This document shows positions 40,452 to 53,037 of a DNA stretch of 64,000 bases, in pieces (position 1 is the stretch's first letter; every line of letters starts with the position of its first letter). Made by a program: the position numbers and the translations under genes. The notes under the pieces are model-generated. The model did no database searches. It was not told the origin of the DNA and was given only the letters and a program-made list of their open reading frames with translations. Source of the stretch: Hemiscyllium ocellatum (taxonomy: Eukaryota); assembly GCF_020745735.1 (NCBI RefSeq), contig NC_083410.1:15350117-15414116 (forward strand). The letters are read 5' to 3'.

Positions 40452-41040
40452 GACTTTATGGTTCTACCTTGTCCTCCCTAACACAGCCTCAGGTAGACTG
40501 AGGCATTCCTTTCTCAACTGAGAACATTTTGGCAAAATAATTTATATACCAGACAGGGGAAGCTATGAGAGGGAGAGGGGATAGAAAGGACGTGCAGTAG
40601 GGACAGATGAAGAAAGCTGGAAAGAGGCTAGTATGCAACATAGATTCGATGGACTGAATGGCCTAAGTGAAAATAAAAAGCAATAATAAGAGAAAGACTT
40701 GTATTTGCTTAGAGCCTTTCACAAGGTTCCAAAGCATTTCACAGCCAACCAAGTATTTTTGAAGGCGTTATGAACTTGGTAGAAACTAGGAATGTTTTTT
40801 AAACAAGTGGAACAAATCTGAAATTCCAGTTAGTTACTAAAAGAGTGAAGCCACAAGATTCTGCAGTTTAAAACAGAAGAATGTTTACTATGTACACGTC
40901 CAACAAAGAAAACGCTAAATGCTATCTTAATTAATCACTTATACTTTAAAACCAAGAAACAACGTAAGTTGAACATGCATCAACAGGCAAATTGTGTCAA
41001 ATATAAACTACAAATTACATGCTAGATACAGCTAAGACGT

Positions 41041-41270
41041 GGGCGGCACGGTGGCACAGTGGTTAGCACTGCTGCCTCACAGCGCCTGAGACCTGGGTTC
41101 AATTCCTCCCACAGTCCAAAGATGTGCAGATCAGGTGAATTGGCCGTGCTAAATTGCCCGTAGTGTTAGGTAAGGGGTAAATGTAGGGGTATGGGTGGGT
41201 TGCGCTTCGGCGGGTTGGTGTGGACTTGTTGGGCTGAAGGGCCTGTTTCCACACTGTAAGTAATCTAATA
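41041..41270 (+). mobile_element. HE1-like V-SINE with internal deletion
   Basis: The head joins directly to ctcccacagtccaaag; the central part is missing. Confidence 0.85.
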
Positions 41271-41864
41271 TCTCAAGTTTGGCTTAACAGCTTACCAAGT
41301 AAATAAGTCATCAAACTGAAGCACAAAGTCTTTTAAAATGTTGTTTTCTTTACAAACAATTTAAGCAGCGCTTCTAGAAGTTAGTCAGATTTTCACCTTG
41401 CAACAGCACACAGGTACAGGCTTTACCAAAAATGGCACAAATTTGCAGAATCTCCTCAAATCAGAGACGCTAATCTTCCAGAAACAAAACAAATTGCAGA
41501 AACTTCTGCTCACCTTCAGCCACCGTCTCCTTGTGCCTGCATAAACTGCAGCACTGGTTCATCAATTCCCACTGAGATTTGATGGCTGTCTAATATATAG
41601 ATTCAAGCAGAAGTTATGTCTTTTAATTCTGAATTCTAATCTTAGATTCCCCAACAACCTGGAGGGGGTCAGTTTCCGATTTCATTTAGGGTCTGTCTCA
41701 ATATAGACAAACGTTGTCCATCACAAAAGCACTGTTACATTATAGGATATGCAGCAGCAACTTCCCACAAAGAGACCTTTGCTAATGACCAGATGATCTG
41801 TTTTACTGATACTGATTGAGTGACTTGTCAGACTTCGGGGATAATCCACTTGTTAAACTACAAA

Positions 41865-42690
41865 GGAAACTGCAGTATAATGTGGATAAATGTATGGTTA
41901 TCCACTTTGGTGGCAAGAACAGGAAGGCAGATTACTACCTAAATGGAATCAATTTAGGTAAAGGGTCAGTACAGAGAGATCTGGGTGTACACCAGTCAAT
42001 GAAGGTAAGCATGCAGGTACAGCAGGTGGTGAAGAAGGCTAATAGCATGCTGGCCTTCATAACAAGAGGGATTGAGTATAGAAGCAAAGAGGTTCTTCTG
42101 CAGCTGTACAGGGCCCTGGTGAGACCACACCTGGAGTACTGTGTGCAGTTCTGGTCTCCAAATTTGAGGAAAGACATTTTGGCTATTGAGGGAGTGCAGC
42201 GTAGGTTCAGAGGTCAATTCCTGGAATGGTGGGATTACTATACACTGAAAGACTGGAGCGACTGGGCTTATATACCCTTGAGTTTAGAAGACTGAGAGGG
42301 GATCTGATTGAGACATATAAGATTATTAAAGGATTGGACACTCTGGAGGCAGAAAACATGTTTCTGCTGATGGGTGAATGCCGAACCAGAGGACATGGCT
42401 TAAACATACGGGGTAGACCATTTAGGACAGAGATGAGGAGAAACATTTTCACCCAGAGAGTGGTGGCTGTGTGAACTGCTCTGCCTCAGAGGGCAGTGGA
42501 GGCCCAGTCTCTGGATTCATTTAAGAAAGAATTGGATAGAGCTCTCAAGGATAGTGGAATCAAGGGTTATGGAGATAAGGCAGGAACAGGATACTGATTA
42601 AGGATGATCAGCCATGATCATATTGAATGGTGGTGCAGGCTCGAAGGGCAGAATGGCCTACTCCTGCACCCATTGTCTGTTGTCTATTGA
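41865..42690 (+). mobile_element. CR1 LINE 3' part, relatively young
   Basis: [54 protein letters not shown]; tail attgtctgttgtctattg. Confidence 0.9.
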
Positions 42691-42959
42691 ACACTCTGGG
42701 GTCTAGCTGAGAGTGCAGTGAGCAGGGCCTGCTGCCCTTCTGAAGCTGAGTGAGCTGTCTGGTGTGAAGAAAACTCTCCCACCTGAATTGTCCTGGAGTC
42801 CAAGAGCCAGAGTCAGAGAGGCACTTTTCTGGACAACGTGACCCGTAACTCCAAGAAAAAGATTATGTGTACTTCCTTAAAATTTCTTTTGACCATTTTA
42901 ATTTTTTTTATTGGTTATAAAAAAATATCGAGGTTGGGGAACATTTTGCTGTTTGACCA

Positions 42960-43330
42960 GATGGGAATGTGGCCGCTCCAAGTTCCAGTCCAGGACTTGT
43001 CTCACACACTGACACTGCAGTGCTGAGAGAGTGCTGCACAGTTGGACGTTCTGTCTTTTAGGTGAGATGTTGAACCAAGGCATTGTAAATCAGTTTTAAA
43101 TAAAAAGACCCTGTGGTACTATTTCAGATGTTGTCTAGGTGTCCTGGCCAATACTTACCCCTCAATCAACATCAATCTCAAAAATACCTAGTCATTAACA
43201 CATTGCTATTGTGAGATCTTGCTGTGTGCAAATTGGTAGCCATATTTCCCACATTTCAACAGAGTCTTCACATCAAAAGTACTTAGTTAGCTGGAAGTGC
43301 TTTGAGATGGTTGGTAGTTGTGAAAGGTGT
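42960..43330 (+). mobile_element. Deu-domain SINE (SacSINE1/AmnSINE1-like), ancient
   Basis: ctgacactgcagtgctgagagagtgctgca..gtgtcctggccaatacttacccctcaa..cttgctgtgtgcaaattggtagc. Related fragments at about 4320-4670(-), 8165-8360, 19260-19520, 28960-29130, 38100-38270(-), 39040-39260(-), 57350-57520 and 58460-58620(-). Family name is from recall only. Confidence 0.6.
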
Positions 43331-44599
43331 TTTCAGGGGCGATGATGGTATACTGGGAGAATTGTTGCCATGGTAATCTAGAGGCCTGACTATTCCTTGG
43401 TTGACGTTGGTTCAGATCTCACCATGGCAACTGGTGGAATTTAAATTCAATTAACGTATCTGGCAATATAAAGCTTGTATCAGTTAAAAAAAAATCACTG
43501 ATTGTTAAAACCCAACTGGTTCACTATTGTCCTTTGGGGATGGAAATCTGCCATGCTTACCTATTTTGGCCTACATTTGACTCTAGACCCATAGCAATGG
43601 GCTTGACTCATAACTGCTCATCACTGCAAGGGCAGTTGGGGAGGAGTAACAAATACTGGCCTTGCCAGTGCCACTTGCATTCACAAAAAAAGTGAAACTT
43701 TTTGTCTCTTTTATCCAATTACTGTGACAAACTTTCCTCATCCTTTTCTAAAGTTGATTAACTGAGCCATCAGTTTGTGTATGTTTTAAGGCAACGCTGG
43801 CCAAGGAACAATGTGTGTGACAAGAAGGAAATGATCTTGGGACACTTCCAGAAAATTCCACAGTTGGGGTCAAGTTAGTCAACCCTTCGTTTCAGGTTGA
43901 AAGCGGATCTGGGCTGAACCTATTTACATTTCAAATTGTCGATCATGTTGAACTCGCATCCAAAGAATTCAAAAATACCTTTACACACAGCTATGTGTTA
44001 CTCAGTTACTCCGTGCAGGAGGAAATGTCTTTGAGAAATTGCTGACATTATTTTAAAAAATGGTTGTGATTTGAGCTTGTCAGTGGGAAGGCCAGTATTT
44101 GTTGCTCACCCCTAACTTGTTTTAATTCACTGGTGGGTAATTAGTATCAATAGCTGGGCCAGCATTTATTGCCCATCCCTAGTTGCCCTTGGCTTTAGTG
44201 CTGGGCATTTTTGTGGCATGAATATATTTGTCAACCCTAGCCTTGATATTGTCCATGTCTTGCTGCATTTACATGTGGGCTGTTTCAGTATCTGAGAAGT
44301 CAGAAATGGTATAATTGAACGTTGTGCCACTCCCTGAGCTCCATATTGCTTCATATTCTTTAAAAATAATTATCTTCCTTTCAAGCACCCAATTGATTTT
44401 CTCTCTGTCCCAAAGGGAGAATATATTCCACATATTCAAGACCTTCAGAGTGTAGATATTTTACGGATGTTGTTTCTATTTGATTCGGTATAAACTCTGA
44501 AATGATGCCCACTTCTTTTGAATTCTCTGAGAATTTTTTTCATTATCTTAAACATTGGTGAGCTTTACTAGAGAGAACAAGTGAAATATAAATTTATAT

Positions 44600-44850
44600 T
44601 ATGAGGAACACCCTTCTGCAAGGCACGGTCTTTGACGGATGAGTGGGCGACTTGACGGGTAAACTTTGACAAAGAAGCAAAATGTCCCCTACAGAACACC
44701 AGCGACAAGTGGAAGCATGGAAAAGTAGCCGGAGAAAGGAATGCCTACGATTTCAAGGCTGAAGACCAATTCCATCTCCCAGAGATATCTGCCAGATATG
44801 TGGTCAGAGAAATGGCTCTAGGATTGGGCTTCTCAGCACTGCAGAGTTCA
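44600..44850 (+). mobile_element. Possible RTE-clade LINE 3' remnant
   Basis: Translates in part to ICQICGQRNGSRIGLLS, resembling the C-terminal Cys motif of RTE ORFs. Confidence 0.45.
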
Positions 44851-46778
44851 GGACCAGCGACATGGAATTTCCGAGGTTAAGAGTTTGCCCATGGTGATGG
44901 GTACCGAAGCTGGTACAACTTCACCCAGTTCTAAATCCAGAGGCTTTTCTCACCTGCTCTAATGCATTCCTGACTAGTTACCCTGTCGCTACTCTTTGGA
45001 AACTTGTGCCATCTGAAACTTAGATGCCCCTGTCATAACTGGCAGCAGGTCTTGTTCACCCACCATCTCTCCACTCCCAATTACCAATAGCTGAATGTTA
45101 AAATTCTCATTCTTATTTTCCAATCCCTCCCTTGCCCCTCCCTGTCTCCGCCATCTTCTCCGCCTCTGAGATATCGGTGCTGTTCCAGTTCTGACCTCTG
45201 AGATACCGGTGCTGAGATACCGGTGCTGCTAACCTTTTGAACAGCCCTGATTTCAATTACTCAGTCATTGGAATACCCTCCCTAAATCATGTTGCCTCTT
45301 TAGCCTGCAGGATGCTCGGATCCCTCGCTGCCAACACATGGCTTCTCTTTGAGGGTCACCATTTTGATGAGCTTGGTGTTAATCCATGCTAAGCCAATGA
45401 GATGCGACCTGATTGAAACCTACAAGATTCTTAGGGGACTTGACAGGGTGGATGTGGAAAGGTTCTTTCCCCTTGTTGGGGTGTGGGGGTGGGAGGTGAA
45501 TCTAGGACCAGACAGCATCATCTCAGAATAAGGGGTCATCCATTTAAGACAGAGATAAGGAGAAATTCCTTTTCTCAGAGGGTCATGAATCTTTACGACA
45601 GATGGCTCTTGAGGCTCAGTCATGGAGTCACACAGCATGGAATCAGTCCATGCAGATCGTAATCCCAAACTAAACTAGTCCCACCTGCCTGCGCTTGGCC
45701 CCTATCCCTCCAAACATTTCTTATTCATGTACTTATCCAAATAGCCTTATAAACATTGTAAGATTATTCAGGGATGAGATAGACAGATGTTTAACCAGTA
45801 AGGGAATCAAGGGTTATGGGGATAAGGCAGGAAAATGGATCAATCATGATCTCATTGAATAGCAAAGCAGACTTGATGAGCTAAATGACTTACTTCTGCT
45901 CCTATGTCTTATGACTTTTTCTCCTTCCTGATATCATATCTTGTCTCTCTCCACCAACCTTGCAGCTGTTTAATGCTTAGAATTTATCGATCACTTGCCC
46001 CCTTACTGTGTCCTTCTGTGGGATGGTGTCAAATTCAAGTTTGGCAGCTCTTTTGTGAAACATCTTAGAATGGGTGAGTACATTGGACGTGCTATTTAAA
46101 TACAAGTTGTTGGTCATTTCCCTCCTACCATTCTTCAGGTTTATCATTGACAGAGGAGCTGTTCACTCCCTCTGAGGTGCCTGCCAGTGGGTGGGTTCTC
46201 TCCTCAATTTTAAAAGCTATTTTGCATTTGTAAGGACTCCCAATTTCTGACTGGCGTCTGTTTGGTGGTGGTGGGCGGGGGGGGAAGCGGCATTTAACCT
46301 GTGGAAGGTGTTGTATAAATACAATTTATTGTTAGCTCCTGGAAATAACAGGAGTGGTTTTTGTGGAAGATAAGAAAGCTGCATGGACGTTTCTCCTCCT
46401 TGACATTTTCTCAAGTTGTGAGACATTGTAGTTCAGTCAGCGCTGATACGGAGGACTGTCACTTCAGTCTTTCCCTCTCTGCTTGAAGAGACACTATTAC
46501 AGTATGGGTGCAGTCTTAAAGTGGTCATGGATGTGTCAGTTTTAAAATTTGTGATTCATAAACCCTCTTAGATGTAAAGATGTTCTTCAGTAACTTATCG
46601 TCTGTCAAGCCAGGATATCCCTTTGTTGCTATTCTTTGAGGCTGCTCAGTTAGTAACTGCTTTAACCAGTCTTAAGTCAACCTCTTCTGAAACCATTCCT
46701 CCTTTGGTTCAGTATTGACTCGTGCCTGACTATAGTCTTGACAGGACCTGTCAAGTGCTTTGCCTGTTAAAGGTGTTA

Positions 46779-47116
46779 GAATCATAGAATCCCTACAATG
46801 TGGACTCAGGCCATTCAGCCCATTGAGTCCACATGACCCTTCGAAGATCATCCCAGCCAGACCCCCACCCCCATCCTTGTAATTTTGTGTTTCCCATGGC
46901 TAATCCACCTAGCCTGCACACCCCTGGACACTATGGGCAGTTTAGCACAGCCAATCCACCTAACCGACTCATCTTTGGACTGTGAAAGAAAACCAGTGGA
47001 AACCCACACAGACAGAGAGAATGTGCAAACTCCACACAGTCACCTGAGAGTGGAATCGAACCCACGTCCCTGGCACTGTGAGGCAGCAGTGTGAACCGCT
47101 GAGCCACCATGCTGCC
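46779..47116 (-). mobile_element. HE1-like V-SINE
   Basis: Similar to the other copies. Confidence 0.8.
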
Positions 47117-47137
47117 CTGGGGTCATAGTCTCAGAAT

Positions 47138-48984
47138 GCTCCTGCCCCACCGAACTCATCTCCCAATACCTCGACACGGTCCTGTCCCCTTCAGTCCAAG
47201 AACTCCCCACCTACGTTCGGGACACCACCCACGCCCTCCACCTCCTCCAGGATTTTCGCTTCCCCGGTCCCCAACGCCTTATTTTCACGATGGACATCCA
47301 GTCCCTGTACACCTCCATCCCCCATCACGAAGGACTCAAAGCCCTCCGCTTCTTCCTTTCCCGCCGCACCAACCAGTACCCTTCCACTGACACCCTCCTT
47401 CGACTGACTGAACTGGTCCTCACCCTGAATAACTTCTCTTTTCAATCCTCCCACTTCCTCCAAACTAAAGGAGTTGCCATGGGCACCCGCATGGGCCCCA
47501 GCTATGCCTGCCTCTTCGTAGGATATGTGGAACAGTCCATCTTCCGCAACTACACTGGCACCACCCCCCACCTTTTCCTCCGCTACATCGATGACTGTAT
47601 CGGCGCTGCCTTGTGCTCCCAAGTGGAGGTTGAACAGTTCATCAACTTTACTAACAGCTTCCATCCCGACCTGAAATTCACCTGGACTGTCTCAGACTCC
47701 TCCCTCCCCTTCCTAGACCTCTCCATTTCTATCTCGGGCGACCGAATCAACACAGACATCTATTATAAACCGACTGACTCCCACAGCTACCTGGACTACA
47801 CCTCCTCCCACCCTGCCCCCTGCAAAAACGCCATCCCATATTCCCAATTCCTTCGTCTCCGCCGCATCTGCTCCCAGGAGGACCAGTTCCAACACCGCAC
47901 AGCCCAGATGGCCTCCTTCTTCAAGGACCGCAGATTCCCCCCAGACGTGATCAACGATGCCCTCCACCGCATCTCCTCCACTTCCCGCTCCTCCGCCCTT
48001 GAGCCCCGCTCCTCCAACCGCCACCAAGACAGAACCCCACTGGTTCTCACCTACCACCCCACCAACCTCCGCATACAACGTATCAGCCGCCGTCATTTCC
48101 GCCACCTCCAAACGGACCCCACCACCAAGGATATATTTCCCTCCCCTCCCCTATCAGCGTTCCGCAAGGACCACTCCCTTCGTGACTCCCTCGTCAGATC
48201 CACACCCCCCACCAACCCAACCTCCAACCCTGGCACCTTCCCCTGCAACCGCAGGAAATGTAAAACTTGCGCCCACACCTCCACACTCACTTCCCTCCAA
48301 GGCCCCAAGGGATCCTTCCATATCCGCCGCAAGTTCACCTGTACCTCCACACACATCATCTATTGCATCCGCTGCACCCGATGTGGCCTCCTCTATATTG
48401 GTGAGACAGGCCGCTTACTTGCGTAACGCTTCAGAGAACACCTCAGGGACGCCTGGACCAACCAACCCAACCACCCCGTGGCTCAACACTTTAACTCTCC
48501 CTCCCACTCCACCGAGGACATGCAGGTCCTTGGACTCCTCCACCGGCAGAACATAACAACACGACGGCTGGAGGAGGAGCGCCTCATCTTCCGCCTGGGA
48601 ACCCTCCAACCGCAAGGTATGAATTCAGATTTCTCCAGTTTCCTCATTTCCCCTCCCCCCACCTTGTCTCAGTCAGTTCCCTCAACTCAGCACCGCCCTC
48701 CTAACCTGCAATCCTCTTCCTGACCTCTCCGCCCCCACCCCACTCCGGCCTATCACCCTCACCTTGACCTCCTTCCACCTATCCCACCTCCATCGCCCCT
48801 CCCCCAAGTCCCTCCTCCCTACCTTTTATCTTAGCCTGCTTGGCTACTCTCTCTCATTCCTGATGAAGGGCTTATGCTCGAAACGTCGAATTCTCTATTC
48901 CTGAGATGCTGCCTGGCCTGCTGTGCTTTGACCAGCAACACATTTTCAGCTGTGATCTCCAGCATCTGCAGACCTCATTTTTTA
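47138..48984 (+). mobile_element. Penelope-like retroelement (Neptune-type), 5'-truncated: RT + Cys linker + GIY-YIG endonuclease + 3' terminal repeat with hammerhead
   Basis: ORF 47290-48426 has PLE RT motifs (MDIQSLYTSIP, GVAMGTRMGPSYA, RYIDD, LPFLD), a CNRRKCKTC linker and IIYCIRCTRCGLLYIGETGR (GIY-YIG). One TAA at 48424-48426, then the same frame continues to 48723. Flanked by ctcagaat at 47130-47137 and 48985-48992 inside a CR1 3' fragment. Confidence 0.9.
48852..48906 (+). ncRNA. Minimal type-I hammerhead ribozyme in the PLE terminal repeat
   Basis: CUGAUGA (48860-48866), extra A, stem II GGGC/GCUC with UUAU loop, GAAAC-GUC (48880-48887). Stem I is AUUC/GAAU plus UCUC/GAGA beyond a bulge; stem III is reduced to palindromic ACGU. 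Confidence 0.75.
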
Positions 48985-49443
48985 CTCAGAATATTTAGGA
49001 CTGAGATGAGGAGAAACTTCTTCTGTCAGAGGGTGGTGAGTTTTTGGAGTAATCTACACAAAGAGCAGTCACTGAGCATATTCAAGACAGAAAAAGATAG
49101 ATTTCTGGACATGCAAGTCATCTGAGGACATGGAGATAGTGCAGGCAAGTGGCATTGAGGTAGATGATCAGTCCTCATCTGAAATAGCAAAGCAAGCTCA
49201 AGGGACCAAATGACCTAATCCTGCTCCTTACCCTCTTTATGTCTCTTTAGTAGAGGCCAGAATGATATGTGGGAGATCTCAAAGATTTGTCAGTGCAGTC
49301 TGGGGTGCCACAGCCTTTGTTACCTCTCAATTTCCTGCTGCTGTGCAGACATCCAAGGTCTGTGTCCGTCAGAAGCTTCCGGAACTGGAGTTCAATGTTC
49401 CTGCATGCCCTTCTCTGTACGCAGACTCTCCAAACGGGTGAGG

Positions 49444-49531
49444 GAACATGGGCCAGAGCCTATAGAACATGGGCCAGAGCCTATAAAACATGGGCCAGAG
49501 CCTATAGAACATGGGCCAGAGCTTATAGAAC
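49444..49531. repeat. 21-bp tandem repeat x4 (gaacatgggccagagcctata)
   Basis: Direct inspection. Confidence 0.9.
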
Positions 49532-50882
49532 AGGCGCTGAGGGTGAGGGTGAGTGGTTGTTGTAAGGTGAGCTGGTTACTGAGGGTAGTTAGAACCGCAA
49601 CTGTGGTTCCATGAGACACCCATAGCCCAGACAGGGGCTGCCTCCCCAATTGCCCTGCCGGGGAGTTGCCAGGTTTCACTGGGCATGGGTAAAATAGCAA
49701 CAAAGTTATGAAGAGGCCTTTAATTAGGAAGGCCTTGAGGTGGCATTTCCTATAAAGGTCCACTGACTTCAATACTCTGGTGTTAACACTGCACGATTAC
49801 CTCAGGTGAGCTAAAGGCAAAGGGTTGGAAATGAGATAACTCAAGAAACCATGGCCAGGTGAGATTAAACTTGTGATTAACTGAGTACAGCTTCTTTCAG
49901 GCACTCGACATGAAACCTAACGATTGCACCAGGTGTCTGGCGTTGCAGACATTAAGAATGCATAGGGTGTGACTTCAAACACCCCGAAATCTCCTTGAAG
50001 CTGGAAGGAAGTGAAACATATAATTAATGTGCCAGGAGGCAACTTTTTTGAATACATGATGTGCTACTTTAAGCCTTGTGAGTTTCTTATGAAAGCATGT
50101 CTACAAGCACAGTGTGTTTGGTGTTCAAGGAGGTGGGTACAGCCATTTTAGACTGGGATATTTGGGGATTGTTGCCCTGGTATTGGCATCAGTTTGCGTG
50201 TGATGCTGAATGACACCCAGTAAAATGGGCATCCAGCCTCTGTAGGCAATTGAATGGTGTGCCAACTCACATTGTGGGCAAACTGCTTTACTGTGAATCA
50301 CCTGTCATGTGCTGGGGCACTCTGTGTGCCTGCTGCCAATGTACAGTGTCGCCTCTCAAAAGATGGCACATCTGATAGTCCACAAGCCATCACACGTGCA
50401 TTGGACGATGTTACTCACATCTCTGGATTGGGACTTGAACCCACAGACCTCTGACTCACTGAGTCATGGCTGAATCCTGAGCAGTTTCTAATAGGTTCAC
50501 TCCCTGGAAATCCCCACTTTATGACAAGGATGCCTGTGCATGTTTCGATATGAGTTTCTAAATGGTACATGATGCACTTGAATTCTCCTCTTAATAATGT
50601 CCATTACTGTTGGCTAAATTGTTGAGTGGCCACTTATGTTGCTTCGAGTCAGACAGTGTCCATGGAGAGAGAGAAAGCAAAGGTTTGAGTCTAGATGCCT
50701 CTTCATCAATGTCATGTAGATTTGAAATGTTACCTTGCTCTCTCTCCACGGATGCTGTCTGACCCACTGTGATCTCCAGCATTTATTGTTTTCGGGTCAG
50801 ATTCCAGCATCTGCAGTAATTTGCTCCTGCATTTAGGTTTCTTGCTATGATCAATGGACAGCTGACGACAATGACTTACATT

Positions 50883-50913
50883 ACACACACACACACACAC
50901 ACACGCGCACACA

Positions 50914-50952
<39 letters not shown>
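50883..50952. repeat. (CA)n microsatellite with CG interruptions
   Basis: Direct inspection. Confidence 0.95.
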
Positions 50953-50955
<3 letters not shown>

Positions 50956-52334
50956 CCAGCGGAGGGTGAATGAGAGTGGGGATCAAATGCTGACTAGCTC
51001 AGCACTGCCCTCATCTCATGAGTCAATGAAACGAAAAGCATACTAAACAAGGTCACATGCTCAACCAGCATGCTCACACACATAAGTACCTTTATACAGA
51101 TACATTCGAACATACAAGTACATTCATGGAGACACTCAAAAGCCACATAGTATGTTCACATAGACACACGCTTAAACATGCAAGTTCATTTATAGACGCA
51201 CACTCAAACTCACAGAAGCACACTCACACGATCACATGGACTTGTACTCACACACACATATGTTCATATGGACACTCTCAATCACAAGTACGCACTGAGA
51301 GGTAAACACCCCCCCCCAAAATATCATAACACACATGGACACACGCACACACACGCACACAAACACAACTGACAAAATATACCTAAATAGGTGTATACAT
51401 TCAATTACACAAACACAGACAAAAACCAATTCTCAGTGTTGATGAAGGAGTATTGAACAGTGTATCTGCAGTTATTCTATGGAGTAACACTAACATTTCC
51501 AGAGTGTCAGTTCAGACCCTAATATTTTGAGAGCAGTCCATTGTTATTGAAATCTGACTTTGTTCCATTTTGTGGCTTATGTCGCCACAGCAGAATGAAA
51601 TTATCTTTTGTCATTTTTGATAGCACCAAGTAATTTTGATGTGACTGAAGTCTCAGCTGATTTCTATCTTTGTGACTTACCAATCAAGTTTCCTCCAAAG
51701 CTCCAAAGTATGATTTCTAAGAAGAATTTGATTTTGCCCTATCATTTGTGTCCTTGATAGGATGAGTCCTAGTTTGGACGTCAAAGTGCAGGGTGTGGGA
51801 GGGGGAAGGTGTTGGGTCATTGTCAACAGCAACTTGGATTTACATAGTGGCTTAAGCTTGGATAAATGTCTGAACACTTGTCAGAGGAGGGTATTCAGGC
51901 TGGAATCAAGGGAAGGAAATGGGTGAACAGGAGCTCTGTCAAAGAGAGAGGCTTTGGAGAAGGGCCCTCAAAGGAGAAGAGAAGGCGACAGGGAAGAGGG
52001 AGGAATGTGGAGTGAAGGAAACTGAGGATTGAAGCCTCATGTTCCCTGTTGTCTCAGCGCGTTGGTCATTTCTGGCTGTACAGTTTGGTTTTGATAAGTA
52101 CCTTGGGAGTTTTTGTTGTCTCCCTATGTCATTTTGTTGAGAGCATTCAAAGGGACAAGGCCACCCTCTGTACAATGTCCCGGCTTAGCATTGGTTAAAG
52201 GAAATGGAACCACATCTGTCAATTGCAACCAACAACACAAGGTGGTTGCAGTATAGAAACAGGCTGTTCAGCCCATCAAATACCATGTTGGCGTTTATGC
52301 TTCATAAGGAGCTTCTTTCACTTCATGTTCACCC

Positions 52335-52464
52335 ATTCCTGGTGAAGAGCTTATGCCCAAAATGTTGACTCTCCTGCTCCTCGGATGCTGCCTGACCAGC
52401 TGTGCTTTTCCAGCACTGCACGTTTTGACTCTGATCTTCAGCATCCATGGTCCTCACTTTCTCC
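52335..52464 (+). mobile_element. Single-arm PLE-terminus element (degenerate)
   Basis: cattcctggtgaagagcttatgcccaaaatgttg through cactttctcc. Confidence 0.72.
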
Positions 52465-52753
52465 CTTCATCTCAATCCTGTCAGACAATCCCTACTGCTC
52501 CTTGCTACCACATTGGTTCATCTTGCTTCTCTTTAATGCAGTGATGCTGTTCACCTCCTTTACTCTTTGTCATGGCAAGTTCCAAGTTTTAATCATTCAG
52601 TGGATTCAAAAAAAGCAATGCATTAACTTGCCTGAAGTAGTTAGAGGGATTATTTAAAGTTGTAATGAAGTGTTAGAAACTCTGGGGCCATATATCTGTA
52701 GAACATAGCTCTCTGCTGAGGTGCTTTGAGATGTTGGACTGAATCCTTCTTAG

Positions 52754-52972
52754 CTGAAAATGTGTTGCTGGAAAAGCGCAGCAGGTCAGGCAGCATCCAA
52801 GGAACAGGAGATTCGACGTTTCGGGCATAAGCCCTTCATAAGGAATCCTGATGAAGGGCTTATGCCCGAAACGTCAAATTTCCTGTTCCTTGGATGCTGC
52901 CTGACCTGCTGCGCTTTTCCAGCAACACATTTTCAGCTCTGATCTCCAGCATCTGCAGACCTCACTTTCTCC
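52754..52972. mobile_element. Palindromic PLE-terminus mini-element; intact plus-strand hammerhead core at 52848-52875
   Basis: Perfect 15-bp TSD ctgaatccttcttag at 52739-52753 and 52973-52987; near-perfect inverted arms. Confidence 0.9.
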
Positions 52973-53037
52973 CTGAATCCTTCTTAGACAACATTGTATC
53001 TGTCTTTTTGCAGCAATGGATTTGATGGGCCAAAAGG

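Noticed and set aside
41041-41110. tRNA genes at SINE heads
   Set aside because: The A/B-box heads run into SINE bodies and LINE-like tails and lack a complete cloverleaf; these are SINEs.
47713-48556. Antisense and alternative-frame ORFs over the PLE
   Set aside because: Shadows of the C-rich, stop-poor PLE coding strand; no recognisable motifs.
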